A DNA stretch of 63,747 nucleotides, counting the filler, from Octopus bimaculoides (taxonomy: Eukaryota): NCBI RefSeq assembly GCF_001194135.2. It is 5 parts of 4 records of this genome, joined end to end, with 100 filler letters (N's around TTAATTAATTAA, not from the genome) between each part and the next. Parts side by side here need not be neighbours in the genome. Positions count along the whole stretch, not along the records: positions 31,778 to 54,348 come from NC_068982.1; 4 more parts are not named here. One strand, written 5' to 3'. Each line of letters starts with the position of its first letter. The first letter of the stretch is position 1. Shown piece by piece: positions 38,034 through 50,530 of the stretch. The notes below the pieces were generated by a model that saw only the letters and a program-made list of their open reading frames with translations, was not told the DNA's origin and searched no databases. The position numbers and the translations under genes were made by a program.

Positions 38034-40073
38034 TATATATATATATGTCAATTTCATATATCTGAAAAAGTCGAGAGGTTATGTGTCTTCAGCCATTTGA
38101 GTCTGACAAGTTGCCTGTACCGCTAAACACTTTTCAGGTGTGAAACCAATGGTCACTCTCTGACCAGCCATAACAATCAACTTCCTAAAATATGTGACAT
38201 GTAAAAAGCACCATTCGATGACAGTGCCGGTGGCACGTAAAAAGTACCATTCGAGCATGGCTGATGCCAGTGCCACCTGACTGGCTCCCATGCCAGTGGC
38301 ACATAAAAAGCACCCACTACACTCTTGGAGTGGTTGGCGTTGGGAAGGGCATCCAGCTGTTGAAACCTTGCCAGATTAAATTGGAGCCTGGTGCAGCCTT
38401 CTGGTTTTCCAGACCTCAGTCGAACTGTCCAACTCATGCCAGCATGGAAAGTGGACGTTAAACAATGATGATGATGATATATCATCATCATCGTCGTTTA
38501 ACGTCCGCTTTCCATGCTAGCATGGGTTGGACGATTTGACTGAGGACTGGTGAAACCGGATGGCAACACCAGGCTCCAATCTAAATTTGGCAGAGTTTCT
38601 ACAGCTGGATGCCCTTCCTAACACCAACCACTCGGAGAGTGGTGATGCAAATAGGAAAAATAGAATTCAAAGCACGAGTATATTATGTATTTTTACTAAT
38701 ATTTAACCGGAGCAACAGAGTGACTCAAGGGCCGGGAGTTTCATGCGTTAGCACTCACCCAATTAGTTACGGATTGAGGAATCATGAATTTATATAGCAG
38801 CAATAATATTATTTCCCTGGATAGTTCTTGAATGAATTGTAAAAAGAATTCCAATGTCATGGGGATAATTCATATTTTCCAAATAGTTTTCCCATTATGC
38901 CATTCAAGAAGTAACTAAATAAATAAACAAACAAATAAGGAAAAATTTGTGTGTGTATGTATATATTTGCAGTCACACATTCTCTAACATACACATTCAC
39001 AATGTAGGTACATTAACATACACATATGCATGCGTTGGGAAAAGTGGTTAGTCATGTTGTTATTGTTGTGGAAGGGGGTGGGGGAGGTAAACCAAAAGTG
39101 GAACAATTTTGCAGGCACACACTCGTATATGTACGTACAGGTATGGATGTAGATATACACGCGTACACACACACACAAACCCGCACATGTGTGGACAGGC
39201 ACAAAAACATATATATACATATGTGGCTGTGTGGTAAAAAGCTTGCTTCCAAACCACATGGTTTCGGGTTCAGTCTCACTGTGTGGCACCTTGGGCAAGT
39301 GTTTCTACTATAGCATAATTTCTCTTGAACTCATAGATTTAAATTCTTCAATCCACACAATGTCTAGGGTCAGCTACTCCTGCTTTGGCAATATCATTTC
39401 AAAGTACAAATACACCCCTACTTAAGCTCTGACCCACATCCCAATCTGTAACTGCCAAAATTCTGCCAACTGTCCTCTGAGAGGATCTTGATTTTCAAAG
39501 ACTGTTGTCTATAGAGCTACTCTAACACCATCTGATGGCATCAGAAGACACTACATCAGGTATAACAACCAATAACTTTAAAGGATGGTATACACAGCAC
39601 ATGCACTCCTTCAGGTTCAGTGATAAGGAAACTCTACCTTGCTGTCTCACTTCATCAGGGGACTCCATGATCATCAAATGGACTATTCTTGACAGGGCTT
39701 CTCCTTACTCACTTGGAGCTTGCAATTTCCAACTCTTGTGGTACTGTCCCACCCATGCTAGCATGGAACACGGACATTAAGTGATGATGATGATGTCTCC
39801 ATGAGTGACTACACACACTTCATGAAACCACAGTATTCACAAATAGAAAGAATGAACTATCTTATTGTTACTTTACAGTGGGCTTCATACAGTTACTTTC
39901 TCTCCCAAATTCACTCATAAAACATTGGTTGGCCTGGGACTACGATAGAAGACACTCAATGGGGCTGCACAGTGGGATTGAACCCTGACCTGTGTGGTTG
40001 GAAAGCAACCTTTTTCAATGCACAACTTAAGGAGACCAAAATCTTAAGAAGATGCAATATGAATTAGTATAGG

Positions 40074-40279
40074 AAAGCAGTGAGCTGGCAGAACTGTTAG
40101 TACGCTGGGCGAAATGCTTAGCGGTATTTTGTCTGTCTTTACGTTCTGAGTTCAAATTCTGCCGAGGTCCACTTCGCCTTTCATCCTTTCAGGGTCAATA
40201 GATTTAGTACCAGTTGCGTATTGAGGTCAATCTAATCAACTGGCCCCTTCCCCCGAAATTCTGGGCCTTGTGCCTAGAG
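40074..40279 (+). mobile_element. SINE F2 copy with a perfect 16-bp target-site duplication
   Basis: TATGAATTAGTATAGG at 40058-40073 and 40280-40295. Confidence 0.9.
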
Positions 40280-41459
40280 TATGAATTAGTATAGGTAATA
40301 ATAGAGTGAACAGCTTTATTATTTGAAGAGAATCTCTGCCTTTGAAGCTCTTTGGAATTGGTAAATACAGCTAAATTATTTCGGAATATTTCTTTGGGAT
40401 TGAAATGTTTAAAAGAAATTTGACCCACAGTAGACAAAACTATTTCTCTACAAACTATAACATATTCTCTGGGGTGTTTGTTGTCACTCGAGTTGGTCGA
40501 TGAAGATATAATACATTGACTGTGTGAATTATAACTGAAGCAAACTTGCAAATATTTATTGCTGGACATAAAGATATTTGTTGTTGGCTATTTACAATGT
40601 ACAATATTAATAATTGTCAAATGGGAGGGAGAAAAAACTGGCCGGAAATTATAGAAAGCTATTTGTGTTACAACATGCAGTTGGTCCAAGAATATACAAA
40701 ATCACCTGCACAAATCTCCATGGTGACAGAGAGAGATCCATTGGTTGTCTGTGCTCTGAGCTGACACACCAAATGGTTTTTATAGGAGATAAGAGGGTTT
40801 ATTCTAGAACAATTGAGAAAACCATATCATGCCACAACCTCACACTAATTGGTCGATTTATAGACCAATCACATGAAACTATGCTGGTTCACTTATGATG
40901 ACTGGCTGAGTGTCTCTAGTAGTTAGGTTTCAAATCACCGCTACAACACGAAAGTATCAGAGAAAGAGTAATCATTGTCATTATATATTAGATTAAAACA
41001 TACAAAATTCACTTCGTAGTCACTTACCACCATTGAAATGTACATGTCCACTTGCCATCTTTAATCTTTTACTAGTTAGTCATTGGACTGCGGCTATACT
41101 GGAGCACCACCTTGAAGGGTTTTAGTCAAATCAATTGACCTCGGCCCCCTTTATTTTGAAACCTGGTACTTCTGACTCTTTTTTTCTGAACTGCAAAGTT
41201 ATGGGAACTCAGTAAACCAACACTGGTTGTGAAGAGTTGGGGTGGGGGACCAAGTATAAGCACAGAAACATACAGACAGACACACATGGGTGCATGTGAC
41301 GGACTTCTTTTAGTTTTCATCTACAAAAATCCACTCACAAGGCATTGGTTGCTCTGAAGCTACATTAGAAGATATTTGCCCAAGGTACCACTCAGTGGTA
41401 CTGAACCTGCTGCCATGTTGTTGGGAAGTAAAATTCTTACCACACATCCTAACACAGGA

Positions 41460-42110
41460 TTGGAACGATTAATAATCCAGAGGTGCTAGGTCTGAACTAG
41501 ATGTTGGGTGTGGCATCAGTTCAATTCCGTCAAGTTCCTGGGGTTTATTCCAGGTTGTTTGAGTGATGTGAGGTCTTGTGTTGTCTTGTTGTAGAAGAGC
41601 TTGCTTTCTATTAACCGATGCTGGATATTTTGCCGCACAATGGTATACATCTGCCCCAGCTGTTCAGGTTGGCATCAATGGTTCAACTAAACTCGTAACG
41701 AATCACCCCCTCATAATTCCACCCGACACTGAGCATCATCTTGCATTTGAAACACCCCATATTTGGCAACAGATTCCAGAAGCTGGCCTTTCCTTAACCA
41801 CTGCTTATGCCTGTCAGGGTTGTGGGAAACTATCTCCCACGGATTATTATTTGTTCCATTCCATGGCTCACTTCTTGCACTCCTGATGCTCCATCAACCA
41901 AGAAGAGGTGGAAACTTGACGGACAAGAACTGGTACCGGACTGGGATCCAGAAACTGACTGAAAGGCGGCTTCAGACGGTGCAATGTGATGGACCCTTCT
42001 TTGAATGCTAGACTGCTTTTGTTGTCACTTGATGAACCTCCATGCTTCCTGAAATTCGCCAACACTACACCTGATATCCCTACCTCCATACGCATGCACA
42101 CATGTATATC
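41460..42110 (+). mobile_element. Decayed Ty3/Gypsy pol remnant (integrase region)
   Basis: IIPP...H...C..C zinc-finger-like stretch, WETI...PFHGS, and TVQCDGP resembling the integrase SDNGPxF motif; frameshifted. Confidence 0.45.
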
Positions 42111-42488
42111 ATGACACTCATACACTGTTCGCTTTCCTGATTTTCTACATAATTCTATCTACTGTACCTGCACCTTTGATGAGTTGTAATGCACCTGAGC
42201 ACTATACACAATAATCTCATTATTATTATTATTATTATTATTATGATTATTTATTATAATAATAAAGCAAATAAGTTACCAAAAATATTGCAAAACTTTT
42301 TGACTCAACGCAGTATGTATGTGTAGAGGCTCAGGCATGGCAGAGTGGAAAGAAGTTTGCTTACCAACCACATGGTTCCGGGTTCAGTCCCACTGCATGA
42401 CACCTTGGCTAAGTGTCTTCTGCTATAGCCTCAGGCCAATAAAAGCCTTGTGAGTGGATTTGGTAGACAGAAACTGAAAGAAGCCCAT

Positions 42489-42540
<52 letters not shown>

Positions 42541-43477
42541 CTTGTGTGTGTGTGAGCTTGTGTGTTTGTGATTGTTTCCCACCACTGCTTGATGATCGGT
42601 GTTGGTGTGTTTACATCTCTGTAACTTAGCAGTTTGTCAAATAGAGGCTGATAGAATAAGTACCAGGCTTACAAAAAGTATGTACTTGGGTCGATTCATT
42701 TGATTAAAATTCTTCAAGGTGGTGCCCCAGCATGGCCACAATCTATTGACCGAGACAAAAAATAAAAGTTAAAAGATAGATATTGTGAGTGTGCGTGTGT
42801 CCGTGTTTATATTTGTGGTCGATGGAACCTCTGAGTGGTATTATTATGTCATCTGATGATTGTCAAGAAGCATCACCATCATACAAGCAATTCTTGTTTG
42901 TAGTCTTCCATGGAAAAACACGGCTGGCCATGGGAGATGCTACCCTCACCCGGGAAGAGGTGAGGGTCAGCAAATAGGAAGGGCATCCAGCAGTATGGAA
43001 AAGTGGACATTAAATGATGGTGGTGACAGTGATGATGATGACGGGGATGACAATGACGATGATGATGGTGATGATGATGACGATGACAGTGTATGCGTCT
43101 CTATGTATTGAAAGGTTTATGTGTGTGTGTGTGTGTGTGTGCGTATATATGAATGTCTGTACATGTATACTGAATTTCACTATCTCACTGTTTATGTGCA
43201 CCATGATTTCAGCAAAAAATAGTCCACTGCAGGGATAAAATATATCAACTACTGATGTCTTCAACACAAATTCTTTTGCTTGAAATAACTTTTAGTTTTC
43301 TGGACCATGGAACCTTGAGACTGAAAAATGTTGTATTTATCACAACAAAGAAATATTTTCCAGTCATTCATGAAAGGAAGACAATTAAGGAATTAAGCAA
43401 ATGCCTTCATTTACTCGTTCACGAACAGGGACAAATATATCAATAGAGAAAGAAAGGGAGAAACCACATCATTTTAA

Positions 43478-43882
43478 CCATTTTGCTACTGCATTTATTT
43501 TGAGATGCTCTGTGTTTCTTTCAATTAATTTTAAATATAACAAAGAATTTAGTAAAATAACTTAGTTATCATTAAGCTAGTGTTAGGAACATAAATTGTT
43601 ACTAAGGTTTGGTGGAAGATTTTAATTCAAAACTTATGAAAACAAGACATTTGTACTTAGAGCCAGAACCGGTTTGAGCCAGGTTGATAACGAAAGGGTT
43701 AAGAATTGTTTCTCTATTATGTATTCTTTTGTTACCATAATTCTGTTGAGATGCTCTGTGTTTCTTTCAATTAATTTTAAATAAAAGGTTTGGAGGAAGA
43801 TTTTAAAATTAAAAACTTATGAAAACAAAACATTTGTACTACAGAGCTGGGGCTGGTTTCAGCTGGGTTGGTAACGAAAGGG
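43478..43882. mobile_element. Two adjacent piggyBac-type MITE copies
   Basis: Copy 1 is TTAA|CCATTTTGCTAC...GATAACGAAAGGG|TTAA (43478-43698). Copy 2 runs about 43725-43882 and ends GGTAACGAAAGGG|TTAA. Internal sequences are homologous. Confidence 0.75.
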
Positions 43883-44089
43883 TTAATCTGCAACACATAA
43901 AAGGTCCAGTGGAATAATGATAGGGAAGTTGATAGGGAAAGTAGGTTTTGTATGTGGCTGACAGTGTTGGGGCAATAAACTTTAAGAGTGCATATGAAAC
44001 AGATGCTTTCAGTTACCCAAAGATGGTCCCCAGAGGCAGTACATATTTCCTGTAACTGAGGTGACCTAATTTGCAGTGATGATGTGAAA

Positions 44090-44520
44090 GTCTGTCTGAT
44101 GTCTACATGACAGAGAGATGTGGGTCACGCACGAAGAGGGTTTGTGAAAACTACAAAGGACTGAAGCAGACATGTTGCTCTGGATGTGCAGTGTCACCCA
44201 TATCTACACCCATATTTACCATGAATTACCCCTTTCCCCTCTTCATTATTCACCTCCTCCCTACACTCATATCTCTCACTCTTGTAACCTCTCCCACTCT
44301 GGCTGATTCTTCTGCTCCCTTGCCCTCTTCTTCTGTTCCCTTTCTTGGTTATTTCCTGGCTCTTCATTGTCACCACATTTATCCCCCCCCACCAATCCAT
44401 GTAAAACGTGAAGTAACCATTAATCTGTTCCACAGCCAACCTTTCCTCAATCCTCTCATCATACCCTAACCGTTCAACACATTGCTTAACCCCTTGCTTG
44501 CCATGAGCCCCGTTTGGGGA
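44090..44520. mobile_element. RTE-type LINE remnants
   Basis: Plus strand MWVTHEEGL*KLQRTEADMLLWMCSV resembles the RTE C-terminal ETW...E..MLRWMC motif. Minus strand GVIHGKYG resembles the RTE endonuclease region. Confidence 0.4.
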
Positions 44521-45591
44521 TCTGCTAAAAACAGCCTCACTGCCAGTTGATCGTTGTATTTAAAGTGAATTGCTTACTCTTTTATTTGTTTCAGTCATTT
44601 GACTGCGGCCATGCTGGAGCACCACCTTTAGTCGAGCAAATCGATCCCAGGACTTATTCTTTGTAAGCCTAGTACTTATGCTATCGGTCTCTTTTGCCGA
44701 ACCACTAGGTTACGGGGATGTAAACACACCAGCATCGGTTGTCAAGCGATGGTGGGACACACACACACACACACACACACANNNNNNNNNNNNNNNNNNN
44801 NNNNNNNNNNNNNNNNNNNNNNNNNNNNNNNNNNNNNNNNNNNNNNNNNNNNNNNNNNNNNNNNNNNNNNNNNNNNNNNNNNNNNNNNNNNNNNNNNNNN
44901 NNNNNNNNNNNNNNNNNNNNNNNNNNNNNNNNNNNNNNNNNNNNNNNNNNNNNNNNNNNNNNNNNNNNNNNNNNNNNNNNNNNNNNNNNNNNNNNNNNNN
45001 NNNNNNNNNNNNNNNNNNNNNNNNNNNNNNNNNNNNNNNNNNNNNNNNNNNNNNNNNNNNNNNNNNNNNNNNNNNNNNNNNNNNNNNNNNNNNNNNNNNN
45101 NNNNNNNNNNNNNNNNNNNNNNNNNNNNNNNNNNNNNNNNNNNNNNNNNNNNNNNNNNNNNNNNNNNNNNNNNNNNNNNNNNNNNNNNNNNNNNNNNNNN
45201 NNNNNNNNNNNNNNNNNNNNNNNNNNNNNNNNNNNNNNNNNNNNNNNNNNNNNNNNNNNNNNNNNNNNNNNNNNNNNNNNNNNNNNNNNNNNNNNNNNNN
45301 NNNNNNNNNNNNNNNNNNNNNNNNNNNNNNNNNNNNNNNNNNNNNNNNNNNNNNNNNNNNNNNNNNNNNNNNNNNNNNNNNNNNNNNNNNNNNNNNNNNN
45401 NNNNNNNNNNNNNNNNNNNNNNNNNNNNNNNNNNNNNNNNNNNNNNNNNNNNNNNNNNNNNNNNNNNNNNNNNNNNNNNNNNNNNNNNNNNNNNNNNNNN
45501 NNNNNNNNNNNNNNNNNNNNNNNNNNNNNNNNNNNNNNNNNNNNNNNNNNNNNNNNNNNNNNNNNNNNNNNNNNNNNNNNNNNNNNNNNNN

Positions 45592-45730
45592 CATCAGGTG
45601 TCTTGGGGAAATTTCAAACCTGGGTTCTCATTCCTAAGGTATTTTTCGATATTATTATGGTATATGGTGTAGTGGTTAATAGCGTGGGCTACTAACCCCA
45701 AGATTCTGAGTTCAATTCCAGGCAGTGACG

Positions 45731-45765
<35 letters not shown>

Positions 45766-46175
45766 TTCTTTATTGCCCACAGGGGACTAAACATAGAGGG
45801 GACAAACAAGGACAGACAAGGGGATTAAGTTGATTACATTGACCCCAGTGATTAACTGGTACTTATTTAATCGACCCCAAAAGGATGAAAGGCAAAGTTG
45901 ACCTCTGTAGAATTTGAACTCAGAACGTAACAGCAGACGAAATACCACTAGGCATTTCACCTGGTGTACTAACATTTCTGCCAATAATAATAATAATATC
46001 GAAAAATACCTTAGGAACGAGGACCCAGGTTCAAAATTTCCCCAAGACACCTGATGAAGGCTGGAGGGTTATATCAGCCGAAACGTTGTGTTAACAACAA
46101 ACAAGATGAGGGCAAATATCCGTTAAATGTAAATAATGTACATAATTCCTCATCTCTTAACTTTAGAATTGTATT
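45592..46175. mobile_element. HHR family 1, locus B: inverted tail (cut by gap), tRNA head, (AAT)n interrupted by an F2 SINE, HHR tail
   Basis: Minus tail 45592-45656; plus head 45658-45732; F2 insertion about 45752-45983; plus tail about 45995-46173. Confidence 0.85.
46046..46092 (+). ncRNA. Minimal type I hammerhead ribozyme, intact core (family 1)
   Basis: GACAC-CUGAUGA-A-GGCUG-gaggguuauau-CAGCC-GAAA-CGUU-GUGUU. Stem I is GACAC/GUGUU and stem II has 5 bp. Stem III is reduced to the palindrome AACGUU, as in PLE minimal HHRs. Confidence 0.7.
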
Positions 46176-46692
46176 AACTTCACTTGTGCTGGTACTGTAG
46201 AATAATCTCCTCCAATACACTCTGTAAAGTGGGTGGTATAAGGAAGGGTATGCATCTGTAGAAACCATGTGGAACTGAGGTACCGGAGCATGACATGGTT
46301 CTGTGACTCATTGGATGCAATCTGATCATCCAACTATCTGTACTGTTTTAAAAAAATTTTTTTTTTATAAGAACTGTTGTTGTTTCTTCATTTCCAAGGC
46401 CCCTTGAGAATGAAAATATTAACTGTGTCAGAAGTAGGTGTTTTGCAGGTCTAAAAGTGAAAGGGTTTTTATTTTAAGCCAGAAAACTGTTTTTATGGTT
46501 TATTTATTTTTTTTAATGTTTGCTTTATCATATTTATGAGTTTGATGATCTGCACAAGATAATGGTTTCCTTGGAAAAATGTATTTGCAATGATAAATTC
46601 TTTCGATTGAGACTTAGAATGCTTTCATATGTTTCCATCTGTACAGTGCTGGTCTTTAGTTTGCTTCTATCCTCATCACAACCACAACAAAG

Positions 46693-47155
46693 TTATTTGT
46701 ACATTATTTACTATGGATGGACAGGTGTTCTCACTTTGTTTGCTGTTACCACAACGTTTCGGCTGGTGTATTCTCCAGCCTTCATCAGGTGTCCTGGTGG
46801 AATTTCTAACCCAACCCTTTATTCGACTAATGGGGGACACTGTTCTCATTCCTAAGGTATGTTGCTGATGTTTAAGAGCATGGGCTACTAACCCTTGGAT
46901 TTTAAGTTCAATCCCAGGCAAGGACTTGGGGAATAATAATCAACAAAAAATAACCTCACCAAAACAGGAATACCTTAGGAATGAGAACAGTGTCCCCCAT
47001 TAGTCAAATAAAGGATTCAGAATTTCACCAGGACACCTGATGATGGCTGGAGAGTAAATCAGCCAAAACGTAATAACAACAAACCAGATGAGGACACCTA
47101 CCCATCCATGGTAAATAATGGACATAATTCCTCATCTCAAAAATATAGAATAGTA
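46693..47155. mobile_element. HHR family 1, locus C (distinct subfamily): inverted tail, truncated tRNA head, tail
   Basis: Minus tail about 46857-46693; head 46866-46929; plus tail about 46968-47155. Both arms carry the variant block AGTGTCCCCCATTAGTC, which is absent at loci A and B. Confidence 0.8.
46748..46793 (-). ncRNA. Minimal type I hammerhead ribozyme, intact core (family 1, subfamily C)
   Basis: GACAC-CUGAUGA-A-GGCUGG-agaauaca-CCAGCC-GAAA-CGUU-GUGGU, with a 6-bp stem II and a different loop. The plus-strand copy at 47032-47075 has GAAA changed to AAAA. Confidence 0.65.
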
Positions 47156-47401
47156 TTAAAGTTATTTGTGATGAAGAAAGCCATCATTTTACAGAAAAAT
47201 TATCTGTATTATCTTTTATGTGTTTCAGTTATTGCTCTGTGGCCATACTGGGGCATCACCTTGAAGAATTTTAGTCGAATGAATTGACTTTAGTACATTT
47301 TGTTTAAGCCTAGCACTTATTCTGTCAGTTTCTTTTACCAAACTGCTAAGTTATAAGGATGTAAACAAACCAACCCTGGTTGTCAGGCAGTTGTGGGGGA
47401 T

Positions 47402-47451
<50 letters not shown>

Positions 47452-48340
47452 AGATATGAGGAACTTCTTCCAGTTTTCTACCTACCAAATCTACTCAAGG
47501 CTTTGGTCAGCCCGATGCTATAGTAGAAGACACTTACCCAAGGTGTCACATAGTGGGACTGAACCCAGAACTGTGGTTGGGAAGCAAGCTTCTTACCCCA
47601 CTGATACACCTCCATCTATTTCTTAATTATGAATTATGCAAACATTGTTATTTATTCTTTTACAAATCTTCATAGAATTTTCTTTGAAGAACCAGCTTTT
47701 ACAGAAATATTTTTTTTTACCTTGTTTAAAAACAGTGGGGTCAGGGGTGATACCCCTGACCTCCACCCTGGACAAAGCAGTAAAATGAGAGAAAAAATGC
47801 TTAAAATGAAATTTGCGTTTATTTCTTTTACTGGCAGCTGTCAGACAATCTGATATGATGTCAACAACAAATATGAAATTATTGTGACATTTATTGTTGT
47901 ATAAGACATACATTGAGGCACAAGTATGGCTGTGGGAAGAAGATTTTTTCGCAATCATAGGGTTCTGGGTTCAGTCCCACTGTGTGGCACCTTGGGCAAT
48001 AGTCTTCTACTGTAACCCTTGGACAACCAAAGCTTTGTGAACGGATTTGGTAGATGGAAACTGAAAGAAGTCTGTATGTCTGTGTGTGTTTGTTCCCCAC
48101 ATCCCAGTGTCTTAGCAGTTTGGCAAAAGAGACCAACAAAATTAGTATCAGACCTAAAGAACAAAATAATACTGGGGTTGATTTGTTTGCCTATGAACCC
48201 GCTTTAATTCCTTTTTGACTTGGGCGGCCCCTCATAACCATTCCATGTTTGAAAGAATCCCGTTATATTTTTATAATTAAATATCGTTAGAAACTGTATA
48301 AAAATAATTGTTGAAATATATTTTATGTATTGTAGAAGTA

Positions 48341-48554
48341 CAGTAATCACTCGACTATCGCAGGTGTTATGTCCCCTCCCCATGATAGGTGAAAATCAGC
48401 AAAGTACAAACAGTACTGTACTGTATATTTTTTCTATTATTTTTATAATTTGTCTATATTTTGTTATAAATGTAAAACAAGACCACGGAGGAATCGATGT
48501 AAGCTTAAATAATGAACCGCAATAGGTGAACCGCGATATGGCGAGGGATTGCTG
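48341..48554. mobile_element. pogo/Tigger-like MITE
   Basis: TA|CAGTAATCACTCGACTATCGC...CGCGATATGGCGAGGGATTGCTG|TA. Confidence 0.75.
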
Positions 48555-50497
48555 TATAAACCAATTTGTTGCTGATAAATTTTAACAACAAAATTTTATA
48601 GAGACCCTCAAGGGTTATGCGCATCTCTAAGGGTTGTATGGACCCTGGTTGAGAACCACTGGAACAAACTCTTCAGGGTGGTGCCCCAGCATGGCCGCAG
48701 TCCAATGACTGAAACAAATAAAAGATAAGACATAGAGTGAATGTCAAAATTATCTTAAGCTTAATTTTCCACTCCATTTTCTCCATTATCAACAAGAGAG
48801 ATTGCAATTCTGTGGAACTGGAGATCTTCAAGTAGTTCTGAAACTTTTCTTTTTCCATTGGAACACCAATCTATCATAGCCTCAAATACATGTTTGTATT
48901 ACAAGAATGAAGTGAACCATATCATTGTATCTATTTACAGCTCAGTGGTCTGAGCCATCTAGAGTTAAATATCTTTTACTCTCCTATTCACTTTCCTTTG
49001 TTTTCCAACTGGGGCATCCATGTATCTACTCTACAGCATGACACCTATAGCTGTCCCCTCTATCCCTTAAATCTCTCAGCTAGCACAAAGCCATGCCCAC
49101 TTGATATTACTTGCCCCGCCCAGTTGAGGGGGTTTTTGTTTTGCAAGGTACTTGGTGAACCTGTTGATGTTGGTGCCACATGAAAACAACTCCGTACACT
49201 CTGTAATGTGGCTGACATGAGGAAGGGCATCCAACCATAGGAACCATGCCAAAGCAGACAGATGTGGTCTGGTGCAGCTCCTGGACTTATCAGCTCCTGT
49301 CAAACTCTCCAGTCCATGCCAGTATGGAGAGCGGATGTTAAATGATGTTCATGTTTAGTATTGTTGCAATGTCTGATTGTTGCTGGAGTTAAGCTGGCCA
49401 ATGAAGACATACTTGAGAAGTATGCATTGCCATTGCCAAAGTGGTTGGCTGTATTAACATTAAACAACGGCAATGATGATGATGATGATGATATTCTTGT
49501 CCATAATGGTGGATTTGTTTTCTGGTGAAATTTCTTGCAGTGAATTTTCCAGACATGTACCTTTATGCTACTTTTGTTCATTCATTTAATGGTGCCACTT
49601 GTGTGTCTGAAGGAATGGTTTCATAATTATAATTTATAGAAGCATAGGGTTATTTTGATAATTTACAAATCCTATCTTTCATCTTTCTTTTAACTTGTTT
49701 CATTCATTGGATTGTGGCCATGCTGGGGCACTGCCTTGAATTTTTAGGTTCTCAAAGTGGGCACTACTGCCCCCCGGTGGGCGTTGAGACGATCCATGTG
49801 GGAGCTAGTGAATTTATTATTATATTATCATAGTATTGTATACAAATTATATATTATATTAAATATCAAATGATTCAAAGTATAATAATATAAATTAGTA
49901 AAATATAAAATATTTATTTATACATAAGAGTAGAGGTGAGGGCACTGAGGGCATTATGTGGCCATAAGGGGTGGGGGGCATGGCCCAAAAAGTCTGAGAA
50001 CCTCTGTTTTAGATGAACAAATCAACTCTGCTACATTATATTTTTGAAGTCTTGTCAGTCTCTTTTGCCAAACTCCTAAGTTACAGGGATGTAAACAAAC
50101 CAATACTGGTTGTTAAGCAGACAAAACACAAAGACACACACATACATCTGTACACATACATGTATCTTCATCATCACCATGATCATGTCGATGATCATCC
50201 TTTTATGTCTGTCTTCCATGCTGGTATGGGTTGGACGGTTTGACAAGTAAGGCTCCTGGTAAGGCCAGGAGCCACATCAGGTTCCATTGTCTGTTCTGGC
50301 ATGTTTTCTGTGACTGGATGTCCTTCCTAATGCCAACCACTTTACAGAGTGTGCTGGGTGCTTTTTTATGTAGCACCAACACCAAAAAGGTTCACCAAGT
50401 ATCGTGCAAGACAAAGACCCCTCTACTGACAGGAGTGTAGTAGTATTGAGGGGGTGCGACTACCAGTTAAGAGATTAAAGGTGTGTGTGTATGTATA

Positions 50498-50530
<33 letters not shown>

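Noticed and set aside
38535-38575. CTGAGGA...GAAACC in an F4 copy as a hammerhead
   Set aside because: No room for stem II, and the motif is not conserved in other F4 copies.
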